Below are positions 45,752-55,536 of a DNA stretch of 64,000 nucleotides, in pieces. This DNA comes from Spartobacteria bacterium. Lineage in GTDB: Bacteria; Verrucomicrobiota; Verrucomicrobiia; Chthoniobacterales; UBA10450. Made by a program: the position numbers and the translations under genes. The stretch spans positions 1,794 to 65,793 of the forward strand of contig JBDUDM010000001.1 in assembly GCA_040002925.1 (NCBI GenBank), given 5' to 3'. The notes beneath the pieces are model-generated. The model was not told where the DNA came from and did no database searches. It saw only the letters and a program-made list of their open reading frames with translations. Each line of letters begins with the position of its first letter. The first letter of the stretch is position 1.

Positions 45752-46522
45752 TCAAAATTCATCCTCGAGCAAAACCGGCGCGCGTTCCGATCGTCTTTCG
45801 CCGTGATGAATCGATAGCAACGCGAGGATGTGGGTGACGGCTCCTTCGAGATCGGAGATGAGTCGTTGCACGCGTCCGCGGAAAAACGCATAGAAGATCA
45901 TCGCCGGGATGCCGATGGCGAGACCGCCGCAGGTGTTGAGGAGAGCTTCGCTCACTCCTTTTGAAAGCAAGGCGTAGCGGGCTGTCCCGAGATCGGCGCC
46001 GAGCGCGGAGAACGAACGCACGATACCGATGGCTGTGCCGAGCAATCCAATGAGCGGCGCGATCATGCCGATGTCAGCGAGATAGGTGACGCGATTGTTC
46101 AGATTCGCGGCGACGCGGGTGCCTTCCGTTTCGGCCAGGTCGCGCACCTGTTGAAAATCGGCGCTCGGATTTTTGGTGGTGAAATCGAGGACCTTTTGCA
46201 CGACGCGAGCAATCGCTTCGCCATGTCGATTAGAAACCGCGAGTAAACCGAGATGATCGCGTTTGCGCAGCAAGGCGTCGGCCGTAGCCATGAATCCGCT
46301 GGAGACGACCGCGCCTTTACGGATCGTCATCAAATAAACGATAACGAGCATGAGCGAAAAGACGGACAGCGCGATCAATGCGTACATGACCGGGCCAGCC
46401 GTGAGAATGGCGTCGAGCACGGTTCGCGTCCGTGGAAGATCGGGCGCGATCGATGGCGTGGGGGTTTGCGCGAGCAGCGGAGACGCGATCGCAGCGGCGA
46501 TCAGCGAGAGCAAAATTTTCAT
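45752..46522 (-). CDS. exbB: MotA/TolQ/ExbB-family proton channel
   Basis: 256 aa with 3 TM segments and the conserved C-terminal region APLIGLLGTAIGIVRSF...ALLNTCGGLAIGIPAMIFY. Confidence 0.85.
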   Translation of the reverse strand: MKILLSLIAAAIASPLLAQTPTPSIAPDLPRTRTVLDAILTAGPVMYALIALSVFSLMLVIVYLMTIRKGAVVSSGFMATADALLRKRDHLGLLAVSNRHGEAIARVVQKVLDFTTKNPSADFQQVRDLAETEGTRVAANLNNRVTYLADIGMIAPLIGLLGTAIGIVRSFSALGADLGTARYALLSKGVSEALLNTCGGLAIGIPAMIFYAFFRGRVQRLISDLEGAVTHILALLSIHHGERRSERAPVLLEDEF

Positions 46523-46606
46523 GCGGAAGGTCTGGCTACGATAGGCGGAGTGGGTTTCGATGCAAACGCCGCCATCAGCTAAAACCCGGGTAAGAGCCGC
46601 AAGTTG

Positions 46607-48574
46607 CTAGACAAAGCGATCCTCGGCCGCGCGCCGAATGCGGAAGATGTGGGCCGGTTGGATTTGCGGATCGAGCTCTACGTAATTGCGGCGGCCGGAC
46701 CAGGTGTAGCGCGCGTCGCTGAGCAGATCATGAACTTGATACGGCATCCCTTCGGAAGATCCGAAGAGCTCGATCGGTACATCGACATAGGAATGTTGCT
46801 TGCGATGCGGATCGAGATTGAGCACAACCAAAACGATATTTTCCCCAGCGGCCGTCATTTTGCCGTAGAAAATAATCGAATCGTTCTCCGCGGGATAGAA
46901 ACGGAGATTCTCGTAGAAATGTAACGCGCGGTTCGTGCGGCGAATCTCATTCAACCGCGTGATCCAATCCTTGATATTGCCGGGCGCGTTCCAGTCGCGT
47001 TGTTTAAACTGGTACTTTTCCGAATCGATATACTCTTCGCGACCGGGCAAAGCCGCATTCTCGCAAAGCTCGAATCCGCTGTAGATGCCGTAAACGCTCG
47101 AGAGCGTCGCAGCCAGCACCGCCCGAATCATGAAAGCAGGACGACCGCCTTCCTGCAGATGAAGCGGCAGAATATCCGGCGTGTTCGGCCAGAGATTGCC
47201 GCGAAAATATTCCGTCATCTCTGTCTGGGTCAGCTCCGTGAAATACTCGACGAGTTCCTGCCGGGTGTTACGCCAGGTGAAGTAGGTGTAGCTCTGGGTA
47301 AATCCGGCTTTGGCCAGCGCCTTCATCATTTTCGGTTTGGTGAAGGCTTCGGATAGGAAGATCACATCCGGATATTTATCGCGCACGCCGGTGATCAAGT
47401 ATTCCCAGAATGGCAGCGGCTTGGTGTGCGGATTATCAACCCGGAAAATGCGCACGCCGTGACTCGCCCAAAAGAGAATGATGCTCTTCATCTCCGCCCA
47501 AAGCTCGCGCCAGTTCGCGCAGTGGAAATTTAGCGGATAAATATCCTCGTACTTCTTCGGCGGATTTTCGGCGAATTTGATCGTGCCGTCTGGCCGATGA
47601 TAGAACCACTCCGGATGCTCCTGCACATAAGGATGATCGGGAGAGCAATTGATGGCGAAATCGAGCGCGATCTCCATTCCACGCTTGCGCACTTCCTCGT
47701 CCAGCCAGGCGAAATCTTCGAGCGTTCCGAGTGAAGGATCGATCGCTTTATGCCCGCCGTACTCGTTGCCGATAGCATACGGCACTCCCGGCTCGAATGG
47801 TTCGCTTGTGACCGAGTTGTTGCGTCCTTTGCGGTTGGTATGACCGATCGGATGGATCGGCGGAAAATAAATAACGTCAAAGCCCATGGCGCGGGCATCG
47901 TCAATCCGCGGCAAACAATCCCGCAAGGTCGAGCCGCGATCGGCGTGTCCCGCAGCGGAACGCGGGAAAAACTCATACCACGCAGCTGTCCGCGCTCTCG
48001 TTCGATCGACAATTACACGTGGAGCCGGCGCGTATTGCGTGGCGGCGGCCCGATCGGGATAACTGGCCATCAAAACATCCACCTCCGCCGAATGGGTGAT
48101 GGCATTAATCTCCGCGTTTCCGCTGGTGCGGATCAGCTCCGATAACTCAAGAAGCCGGCTCGCATCGGTGGGCTCATGCGCGCGCTGGGCCGCGTCGTCG
48201 AAAAGCGCAGCTCCTTCCAGCGCCTCGGTCGTTAGGCTGGTGGTACCGGCCTCGAATTTTTTGGCGAACTCGTGTTGCCAGCCGCGAAAGATATCCGTCC
48301 ATGCTTCTACGGTGTACTCGTAGATGGCGTTCTCATAAAACGTGCACACGCCCCGCCAGCGATCGTTATCGACAAACGTCATCGCGGTTTCGTGCCAGCG
48401 ATTTTCACCGACCGTCCGCCACTTTAGGCTGGCCGCAACCACGTCGCGGCCATTTTTGAAAATATCCGCTTCGACGACGAGGTCTTCACCGACGACTCGT
48501 TTGACCGGATAACGCCCGCCGTCGATCAGCGGCTGCAAATTTTCAATAACGACGGCTGGAAAAGCCCGAATCAT
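46607..48574 (-). CDS. glgE: Alpha-1,4-glucan:maltose-1-phosphate maltosyltransferase
   Basis: 655 aa; N-terminal IENLQPLIDGGRYPVKRVVGE (GlgE N-domain), FRVDNPHTKP, GH13 catalytic motifs. Confidence 0.9.
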   Translation of the reverse strand: MIRAFPAVVIENLQPLIDGGRYPVKRVVGEDLVVEADIFKNGRDVVAASLKWRTVGENRWHETAMTFVDNDRWRGVCTFYENAIYEYTVEAWTDIFRGWQHEFAKKFEAGTTSLTTEALEGAALFDDAAQRAHEPTDASRLLELSELIRTSGNAEINAITHSAEVDVLMASYPDRAAATQYAPAPRVIVDRTRARTAAWYEFFPRSAAGHADRGSTLRDCLPRIDDARAMGFDVIYFPPIHPIGHTNRKGRNNSVTSEPFEPGVPYAIGNEYGGHKAIDPSLGTLEDFAWLDEEVRKRGMEIALDFAINCSPDHPYVQEHPEWFYHRPDGTIKFAENPPKKYEDIYPLNFHCANWRELWAEMKSIILFWASHGVRIFRVDNPHTKPLPFWEYLITGVRDKYPDVIFLSEAFTKPKMMKALAKAGFTQSYTYFTWRNTRQELVEYFTELTQTEMTEYFRGNLWPNTPDILPLHLQEGGRPAFMIRAVLAATLSSVYGIYSGFELCENAALPGREEYIDSEKYQFKQRDWNAPGNIKDWITRLNEIRRTNRALHFYENLRFYPAENDSIIFYGKMTAAGENIVLVVLNLDPHRKQHSYVDVPIELFGSSEGMPYQVHDLLSDARYTWSGRRNYVELDPQIQPAHIFRIRRAAEDRFV

Positions 48575-48628
48575 GGGCCTTCAATCAACTGATATTCCCG
48601 GTGTGCGAAAGCGGAAACTCCGCTCGCG

Positions 48629-49291
48629 CTAACTACCGTTGGCGGATGGTTCGAGCGCGAAATAGAACGCGCACTCGTAATTGCCCGAATTGCGCGTCTC
48701 TTCCCGGCGAACACTGGTGCCGAGAACGGCTTCCACCAAATCCTGCTCCAAACGGCGCACGATCGGATACTGATCGAGCAGATTCGCGATCGGTGAGTGA
48801 CATTCCAGGATCTGCGGGCCACCGTCTTTTTCCTCGGTCGTGAATTGCGACATATGGCCTTCGCCATCACGCACCTTCGCCAACCATTTGGCCCGGTCGG
48901 CGATGGTATCGCCTTTGACCTTCGCCTTCAGCGTCGCTGTCTTCCGCTCGAACACATTATAGAGAAGCTTCTCCGGCGCGTTCGGTCCGTGGATTTCGTG
49001 GATCGATTTCAGGAGTTCAAGCGTGAATTGATTACTATCCGACTGAAAAAGATCGTGCGTGCGCTGGGTCAATCGATACACCATTTCCGGGCGACCCATC
49101 TTTTGCGGGCGTCGCCAGGTATCGAGATAACCGTCGCGTTGCAGCGTTAGGCAATGCTGTTTGATGCCCATGTAGCTCATCTTCATTTTGCGCACCAACT
49201 CATTAACCGACAGCCCCTTCGAGCGCTTCAACGAGTTCAGAATCTCCAGCCGCTGGGTGCGGCCAATCTCAGCAAGCAATCGTTGGTTCAT
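48629..49291 (-). CDS. Winged-helix (ArsR-like) transcriptional regulator with C-terminal domain
   Basis: 220 aa; RLEILNSLKRSKGLSVNELVRKMKMSYMGIKQHCLTLQRDGYL. Confidence 0.6.
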   Translation of the reverse strand: MNQRLLAEIGRTQRLEILNSLKRSKGLSVNELVRKMKMSYMGIKQHCLTLQRDGYLDTWRRPQKMGRPEMVYRLTQRTHDLFQSDSNQFTLELLKSIHEIHGPNAPEKLLYNVFERKTATLKAKVKGDTIADRAKWLAKVRDGEGHMSQFTTEEKDGGPQILECHSPIANLLDQYPIVRRLEQDLVEAVLGTSVRREETRNSGNYECAFYFALEPSANGS

Positions 49292-49413
49292 GGCGGTAAG
49301 GAAGGTTAGCTGGGCAGTTTATACGCGGCTCCATTTAAAATCGCAACGTCAAAATTACGCAAGTAGCGGGAGCATAGGAAATTAAACATCTTCGAGGCAA
49401 AAACAGCCCTCTC

Positions 49414-50295
49414 TTATTCACCGACCTTAAACGGAAGATCGACAATCTCCACCCCGATGGTCCCCTCCGCAGCCACTACCTTCAGCTGCGTTCCCGCAGC
49501 ATTGAAACCGCGCTTCACGTAGCCCAAAGCCATCTCCCCTCCGACGCGTTTACTCCGCGCCGCGCTTGTAATCCAGCCCACCTCCTTGCCTTCATCGTTT
49601 TGCAATCTCATACCCGCCCCGAGCGGCGAATCCGAAACCAAACCGCACAGCGCCTTGTTCCGCTGCCCCGACATCTTCATCCGCGAAATCACTTCCTGCC
49701 CGATGTAACACCCTTTCCCATAATCGACGCTGTTACTTTCGAGACCGGCCTCGGGCGGAATCACATCGGCCGTTAGCTCAGCGCCCCAACGCGGAATTCC
49801 TTGCTCGATCCGAAAAACCTCCGCCTGCGCTTCGTCGCAAAACGAAATTGTCTCGGCGAGGCGCGCGAAAGTTTCGTCCCGCACCGATGCTTCCATCCAC
49901 AAATCTTTTCCGGCTTCGCCGAAACGATTCGCCGCGATCGTTCGGCAATTTGGTAATTCCGGCAAAGCCGCGCCGATCACGTGCAAGATCGACAATCGCT
50001 CAGTGACATCTTCGAGAATCACATCGTCCGCGATGACATAGCGCTCCAGTCGAGACGGCAGCGTTTCGCGCAACACCGGATCAGCATCCAGCATGAACGC
50101 TTCGCCGTCGCTCGCCACCATCGCGTGCGCATCCATCTTTCCTTTCGCGTTCAGGATACATGCTGCGATCGCTTCCGACTCCGTCGCTTTGCGGACGTCG
50201 TTGGTCAGCTGCCCATTGAGATAACGTTGTCGATCTTGCCCGGTCACCCGAATTTTCGTGCGGGCGGACAGATCGAAAAACAGGCCGTCGTGCAA
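49414..50295 (-). CDS. ygfZ: Folate-binding YgfZ / GcvT-like protein
   Basis: 293 aa; the KGCYIGQEVISRMK signature and a GcvT-like N-terminus (IRVTGQDRQRYLNGQLTNDV). Confidence 0.8.
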   Translation of the reverse strand: MHDGLFFDLSARTKIRVTGQDRQRYLNGQLTNDVRKATESEAIAACILNAKGKMDAHAMVASDGEAFMLDADPVLRETLPSRLERYVIADDVILEDVTERLSILHVIGAALPELPNCRTIAANRFGEAGKDLWMEASVRDETFARLAETISFCDEAQAEVFRIEQGIPRWGAELTADVIPPEAGLESNSVDYGKGCYIGQEVISRMKMSGQRNKALCGLVSDSPLGAGMRLQNDEGKEVGWITSAARSKRVGGEMALGYVKRGFNAAGTQLKVVAAEGTIGVEIVDLPFKVGE

Positions 50296-50298
50296 TTT

Positions 50299-51492
50299 TT
50301 AGCTGTTGCTCTCGCGTCGCAAAAGTCGGCCGAGAAATCCGCGGCGTTCCGCCTGTTCCGGCTCGAGGGCTTCCGCTTCCAGTGGAGCGGGCTCCTCGGG
50401 AAAGTTCATCTCTGTCGGCTGCTCTTCCTGGATCACATCGGCCACTACCTCGCTCGGCGCGATCAACGGCTCTTCCGCCGCGGGGACAAGATCGACAGCG
50501 ACATTTGGCTCCGCCGTGGTTTCGACTTGCGGCGGCACTTCGGTTGATTCCGCAGGTAAGTGAAGGTCGACCCACGGTGGGTCTACTTCTGGCGGCTGCG
50601 GGTTGAATAGCTCAAGATCTGATTCTGTTCCGCCACTCGGCGTGTCTCCAAAATATTTTCGCGCGACGGCCGAGTAATCTTCGTCCCCATAACCGCGTTG
50701 CATTTGCTCCAGCAATCGGTCGCGCGCCGCCGAGGTGATGCCAAGTTCGAGATGATGCGACAACCCCATCCGACTCGCGATCTGCATATCCTTGAGCATG
50801 TGTTTGACCGAAAAATGCGGCTCGAAATTGCGATCGACCATTTTCGGAAGTTTCAGCCCAAGCGTTTTTGAATTGCTGGCGTTGCCTTCCATGGCCGCCA
50901 CAAATTTTTCGAGCGACAACTCTGCGCTGCGCATGAGAGCGAGCGCCTCGGCCGCAGCTTGCACCGTCGCGGCCGTCACCATATTCGTCGTGATCTTAAT
51001 CACGGTGGCGTGTCCGATTTCGCCGATCACCATCAATTCCTTGCTCGTCGCCTCCAGAATCGGACGCGCTTCTGCGATCGCCGCTTCGTCACCGCCGATG
51101 TAATACACCAGAGCGCCATTCTCGGCCGCTTCCTTACTTCCGGTAAACGGCGCCTCGATGAAACGGGCGCCGCGGCGCGCCACGATTTCTCCCGCCAGGA
51201 TCATCGTGTGCGGCGACACCGTCGAGTGCGCGATCACGATATGTTGCGCGCCCAATCCGGGCGAAAGTTGTTTCACGACATCGAGCAGCGCGTCGTCATC
51301 GGAGACGAAGAGCTGGATGTAATCGCACATTTCCGCCAACTCCTCCGGCGCCCCGACGAAATTCGGTACCGGACGCGGCGTGCGATTCCAAACAAAAACG
51401 TGAAAGCCTTTATTGCGCAAAACCTCCCGCACCCGGCTGCCGATAATGCCGAGACCGATAATGCCAACATTTTTTCGCCTTCGCCGGGACAT
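50299..51492 (-). CDS. NAD(P)-dependent oxidoreductase (3-hydroxyisobutyrate / 6PGDH NAD-binding family) with an acidic C-terminal extension
   Basis: VGIIGLGIIGSRV Rossmann motif. An about 290-aa dehydrogenase core is followed by about 100 aa rich in E/P, ending in the basic amphipathic RRGFLGRLLRRESNS. Confidence 0.8.
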   Translation of the reverse strand: MSRRRRKNVGIIGLGIIGSRVREVLRNKGFHVFVWNRTPRPVPNFVGAPEELAEMCDYIQLFVSDDDALLDVVKQLSPGLGAQHIVIAHSTVSPHTMILAGEIVARRGARFIEAPFTGSKEAAENGALVYYIGGDEAAIAEARPILEATSKELMVIGEIGHATVIKITTNMVTAATVQAAAEALALMRSAELSLEKFVAAMEGNASNSKTLGLKLPKMVDRNFEPHFSVKHMLKDMQIASRMGLSHHLELGITSAARDRLLEQMQRGYGDEDYSAVARKYFGDTPSGGTESDLELFNPQPPEVDPPWVDLHLPAESTEVPPQVETTAEPNVAVDLVPAAEEPLIAPSEVVADVIQEEQPTEMNFPEEPAPLEAEALEPEQAERRGFLGRLLRRESNS

Positions 51493-51575
51493 GAAATCTG
51501 CGCCACGTCTGAATACGCGACTCGGCGCGCGTCCAGAGTGAAGTTAAACATTCTATCGCGCAATGCCGAACTTGG

Positions 51576-52541
51576 CTACTTGCCCGGAATCTGCGGGGCG
51601 CGCTTCGCGGAATCAGCCACCAGTTTCTCCACCGCAATTCGGCGTTTGTCGTTTTCCAACTCTGCTTTGACGTCGCTGAGTGCGTCCTCAAATTTCATCT
51701 GCCTTACGCCCTTGATCTCCATCAGTTGGACCAGATGAAACCCCAGTTCGGTGCGGATTGAAGCGATCTCGCCCACGCCCATTCGCAAGATCGACATCAT
51801 AAAATCCGGCGGCATCCGCCATTCAGAAAAATAACCGAGGTCGCCGCCCTGTTTCTTGGTCGCTTCATCCTCCGAGAACAACGGCACTAGTTCGGAGAAC
51901 TTTTCGCCACGGCCGATTCGCGCCGCGAGTTCTTGGATAATGCGCTGCTTGGTCTCTACAATTTCGTTAGCGGTGTCCGGCGGCGCCGCCAGGAAGAGAT
52001 GGGCCGCGCGATATCGAGCGGGTTGCGCCCAGTCCTGCGCGTGCTTCTCAAAATAGTCGCGACCTTCCTGCTCGCCGATTGCGGATTGATTCGCCAGTTG
52101 TCGATCTAACCAGCGGGTCGCGCGCAAATTTGCCGCGACATCTCTTCTAAACAGGAGCGGGTAAAGACCATTCGCCTTCAGGGCAGCCGCCCACGCCAGG
52201 ACGTCCGGCAACTGAAACGTCAGCGCCGCGTATTCCTTCTCCAGTTCTGCGTCGGTAATTTTTTCCCGGCGCGCTTCGTCACGCAGCGACGCATCGGCGA
52301 TCAAACTCGTTAGTGCCGAGCGTTCCGATCCATTCGTCGCTCGCTCTCGCCATTCTCCTTCGCGGCGCTGAACGTCTTGTTCGTAGATGCCGGTTTCGCC
52401 GACCAAGACGACCAGCGCGCCTCGGGCTAACAACTGCCCGATGGCGCTGCGACAGCGAATCGAGTCAGCGACATTGTGACCGACAAACGCTCCGCCCACG
52501 CCCGCGACGAGGATTAAAATCGCGAACGACAACCTGTTCAC
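51576..52541 (-). CDS. Parvulin-type peptidyl-prolyl isomerase (SurA/PpiD-like)
   Basis: 321 aa with an N-terminal anchor; AAHLFLAAP...GGDLGYFSEWRMPPDF...GFHLVQL. Confidence 0.8.
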   Translation of the reverse strand: MNRLSFAILILVAGVGGAFVGHNVADSIRCRSAIGQLLARGALVVLVGETGIYEQDVQRREGEWRERATNGSERSALTSLIADASLRDEARREKITDAELEKEYAALTFQLPDVLAWAAALKANGLYPLLFRRDVAANLRATRWLDRQLANQSAIGEQEGRDYFEKHAQDWAQPARYRAAHLFLAAPPDTANEIVETKQRIIQELAARIGRGEKFSELVPLFSEDEATKKQGGDLGYFSEWRMPPDFMMSILRMGVGEIASIRTELGFHLVQLMEIKGVRQMKFEDALSDVKAELENDKRRIAVEKLVADSAKRAPQIPGK

Positions 52542-53431
52542 TTGAAAGCCAGCTCCGAAAGGTAGTACGCCGCTACCGCGCCGACGCGCTGCAAACTCTC
52601 CGCACTCACCTTGTCGATCTTATCATCGGCCGTGTGCCACGCCGGAAAATCAAAATCGATTAGATCGATTGTCGGAATGCCGATGCCGTTCAGCGGCGTG
52701 TGATCATCGGTAATGTCGCCTTGGAAATAGGTGAAATATTCTCGCAGCTTCAGCGCGGTCGCCGCAGCGAAGATTTGTTCAGTGATCTGCGGCGGCGAAT
52801 TCGGTGAAAGCGTGATGTTCAACAAACGATCGCCGACCATGTCGAACAACACCCCGCCGCGGAATTGTCCCGCCGTTTTGTTCTCGACCAATTGCTTCGC
52901 GAAATAGCGACTGCCATACAGACCATCGGTCGCCGTGAAACTCTCGTAGGCTTCTTCGCCGTCGAAGAAAACAAGTTGGATCTTCGCGGCCAACTCCGGT
53001 CGCAACGCGAGCACCCGCGCCATCTCTAATAGAAGACCCGTGCTCGAGCCGCCGTCGTTTGCGCCGACAAATGCGAACGTATCAAACGTTTTCGTATCGT
53101 AGTGCGACAACAAGAGAAACGACGGCGGTGACGTGCGTTTTTCTTTTCCTTCGAACTGCGCGATCAGGTTAACGAAAGTGATTTTTCCGCGCGGCGTTTC
53201 ATCGCTGAACATTTGCCGCGACAGCTTCCAGCCGTAACTCGCAAGTTCCTTCTCGATATAAGCGCGCGATTTTTCGATCGCTTCAGATGCGGCCGGCCTA
53301 GGCCCAAGATCGACAAGGTGCTGCATGTGTTGCCGCGCTTTTTCGCCGGAGAACTCTTCCCAGATCTTTGGCGAAGCGCCGCCCAAAGCGGGCAGAGCAC
53401 TCAGAAAAACTGCGGACAGGATCGCGCGCAT
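52538..53431 (-). CDS. M28-family peptidase / glutaminyl-cyclase-like
   Basis: Signal peptide; SHYDTK, GANDGGSSTGLLLEMARV, VFFDGEEA, and a late HT.DD motif. Confidence 0.8.
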   Translation of the reverse strand: MRAILSAVFLSALPALGGASPKIWEEFSGEKARQHMQHLVDLGPRPAASEAIEKSRAYIEKELASYGWKLSRQMFSDETPRGKITFVNLIAQFEGKEKRTSPPSFLLLSHYDTKTFDTFAFVGANDGGSSTGLLLEMARVLALRPELAAKIQLVFFDGEEAYESFTATDGLYGSRYFAKQLVENKTAGQFRGGVLFDMVGDRLLNITLSPNSPPQITEQIFAAATALKLREYFTYFQGDITDDHTPLNGIGIPTIDLIDFDFPAWHTADDKIDKVSAESLQRVGAVAAYYLSELAFK

Positions 53432-53457
53432 GCGATTGTCGATCTTGCGACGGACCG

Positions 53458-54339
53458 TCAGTTTTGCACGGTCAATCCGAGAGCAGTGACCACGCGCTCG
53501 AGATCGTCGTTCCCGTAATACTCGATCTCGATCCGGCCGCGTTTCGCGCCGTGGTGAATCGCCACCCTCGTACCGAGATGCTGTTGCAATCGGTTCTGCA
53601 AATCCTCGATCGACGCCGGGTTATCAGTAGATGTCGATCTTGCCTTTCGGCGTGGTCGATTCGACCCGAGCTGGCGCGCGACCAATCTCTCGGTCTGCCG
53701 CACGGTCGCCTTCCGGCGCAACACCGTTTCGGCGACGAGCAGTTGTTCTTCGGGCGCTTTTAGCCCAAGCAAAACTTTAGCGTGACCGACCGAAAGTAAT
53801 TCCTGATTCAACCACGTTTGCAGCTGCGGATGAAGATCGAGCAAGCGCATCGCATTCGCGACGGCGGCGCGGCTGCGGCCGACTTTCGTCGCGATATCTT
53901 CCTGGCGCATGCCGAATTCGTTAGCCAGTCGCGCGTAACCTTGCGCTTCTTCGATCGGATTCAGGTCCGCGCGTTGGAGATTCTCGATCAGCGAAAGCTC
54001 GAGCACTTCGAGATCGCCGGCGCTGCGAATGATCACCGGCACCTCGCTCAATCCCACTTCTTTCGCTGCCCGCCAACGGCGTTCCCCGGCGATGAGCTCG
54101 TGCCCGCCGTTAACGCGACGGACGATGAGCGGCTGAATGATTCCGTGTTGGCGAATCGAATCGATCAATTCCTGCAACGCTTCGCGTGCGAATTCTTTTC
54201 GCGGCTGGAGCGGACTGGGAACGATGGCATCCAGGCTAAGACGATGAATTTTCTCGCCTGAATCCGGCGCCGCCAAAGGAGTGGCAGGCCGGGTGCCGAT
54301 CAATGCGCCGAGGCCTTTGCCGAGACCGGTTTTCGCCAT
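53458..54339 (-). CDS. parB: ParB/Spo0J chromosome partitioning protein
   Basis: MAKTGLGKGLGALI, IIQPLIVRR, ELIAGERRWRAA, LIENLQRADLNPIEEA. There is no parA next to it. Confidence 0.9.
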   Translation of the reverse strand: MAKTGLGKGLGALIGTRPATPLAAPDSGEKIHRLSLDAIVPSPLQPRKEFAREALQELIDSIRQHGIIQPLIVRRVNGGHELIAGERRWRAAKEVGLSEVPVIIRSAGDLEVLELSLIENLQRADLNPIEEAQGYARLANEFGMRQEDIATKVGRSRAAVANAMRLLDLHPQLQTWLNQELLSVGHAKVLLGLKAPEEQLLVAETVLRRKATVRQTERLVARQLGSNRPRRKARSTSTDNPASIEDLQNRLQQHLGTRVAIHHGAKRGRIEIEYYGNDDLERVVTALGLTVQN

Positions 54340-54424
54340 GGGTGCAGCGTACCGGAAGCGTATGCTCAACGCAAACAACAAGGTGTTGCATTGCGCGGGG
54401 CGAGGGCGCGGCTAGCGTGCGCAC

Positions 54425-55261
54425 ATGTCAGCCACGCCGGACGTATTCACTTTGGGTCATTCACCCGACCCAGATGACGCGTTCATGTTTTATGCGATGG
54501 CGGAAAATAAAATCGACCTGCGCGGTTATCGCTTTGAACACCGGCTCGAAGATATTCAAACGTTGAACGAACGCGCGCTGCGCGGCGAATTGCATATCTC
54601 CGCCATTTCGATTCATGCTTACGCGTTCGTGTCGGATAAATACGCGCTGCTGCCGTGCGGCGCGAGCATGGGCGACGGCTATGGACCGATGGTCATTTCG
54701 CGAAATGAAGATGTCGATCTTAGCAAATGCCTGATCGCGATTCCCGGACGCATGACGAGCGCATTTCTCGCGTTGCAACTTTATCTCGGCGAATTCCGAC
54801 ACATCGTCGTGCCGTTCGACCAAATCTTCGCGGCAGTAGAAAGTGGCCGCGCCGAAGCCGGCCTGATTATCCACGAGGGCCAGCTAACCTACGCGAAATC
54901 CGGTTTTCGGAAGATTATCGATCTTGGTGAATGGTGGAAAAGCAAGACCGGGTTGCCGCTACCTCTCGGCGGCAACGTTGTGCGCAAAGATATTTCATCG
55001 CCCATCCGTTCGGACATTGCGCAGATCATGAGCGAAAGCATCGATTACGCGCTAACGCATCGCACGGACGCGGTCGCTCACTCAATGCCATATGCGCGCG
55101 ACATGAATGCAGATCTCGCCGGCAAATTCATCGGGATGTATGTGAACGATTTCACGCGCGATTACGGCGACACTGGGCGCGCAGCGATTACGCGATTCCT
55201 AAACGACGCGCGCGCGGGCGGGTACATCGACACCCCGCCGCAGCTGGAATTCGTCGAATAG
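54425..55261 (+). CDS. MqnA/MqnD-family menaquinone (futalosine pathway) biosynthesis protein, MqnD-like
   Basis: 278 aa; FTLGHSPDPDDAFMFYAM...EDIQTLNERALRGELHISAISIHAY resembles the periplasmic-binding-fold MqnD pattern. Confidence 0.55.
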   Translation: MSATPDVFTLGHSPDPDDAFMFYAMAENKIDLRGYRFEHRLEDIQTLNERALRGELHISAISIHAYAFVSDKYALLPCGASMGDGYGPMVISRNEDVDLSKCLIAIPGRMTSAFLALQLYLGEFRHIVVPFDQIFAAVESGRAEAGLIIHEGQLTYAKSGFRKIIDLGEWWKSKTGLPLPLGGNVVRKDISSPIRSDIAQIMSESIDYALTHRTDAVAHSMPYARDMNADLAGKFIGMYVNDFTRDYGDTGRAAITRFLNDARAGGYIDTPPQLEFVE

Positions 55262-55432
55262 CTACTTCTTCTTCTCGGGCTCTCTCGCCTGCTTCACGAA
55301 CGCTTCAACCCGCGCGAATTCCTTTTTGAATCCCACGGTGAAATCATGCGTGCCGTACTCGAAAAGAACGACGAAACAAAAAGTGAAAAATAGAAACAGA
55401 ACGACCCAGAAAAGGGTGCGGATCAGGCCCAT
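55262..55432 (-). CDS. Small hydrophobic protein (56 aa), hypothetical
   Basis: Own translation: MGLIRTLFWVVLFLFFTFCFVVLFEYGTHDFTVGFKKEFARVEAFVKQAREPEKKK. It has one TM segment and a charged tail. It is below the ORF-track size cutoff. Confidence 0.35.
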   Translation of the reverse strand: MGLIRTLFWVVLFLFFTFCFVVLFEYGTHDFTVGFKKEFARVEAFVKQAREPEKKK

Positions 55433-55536
55433 ATGGAGTGAGGGTATCTCACTCGGAAGGTGGGGTCAACGGCGCTTCCTTGGGTAAAAGTTCGCATTGA
55501 ACCGGCGATTGAAACTGCCATGCTTTTTTTGCAGCT

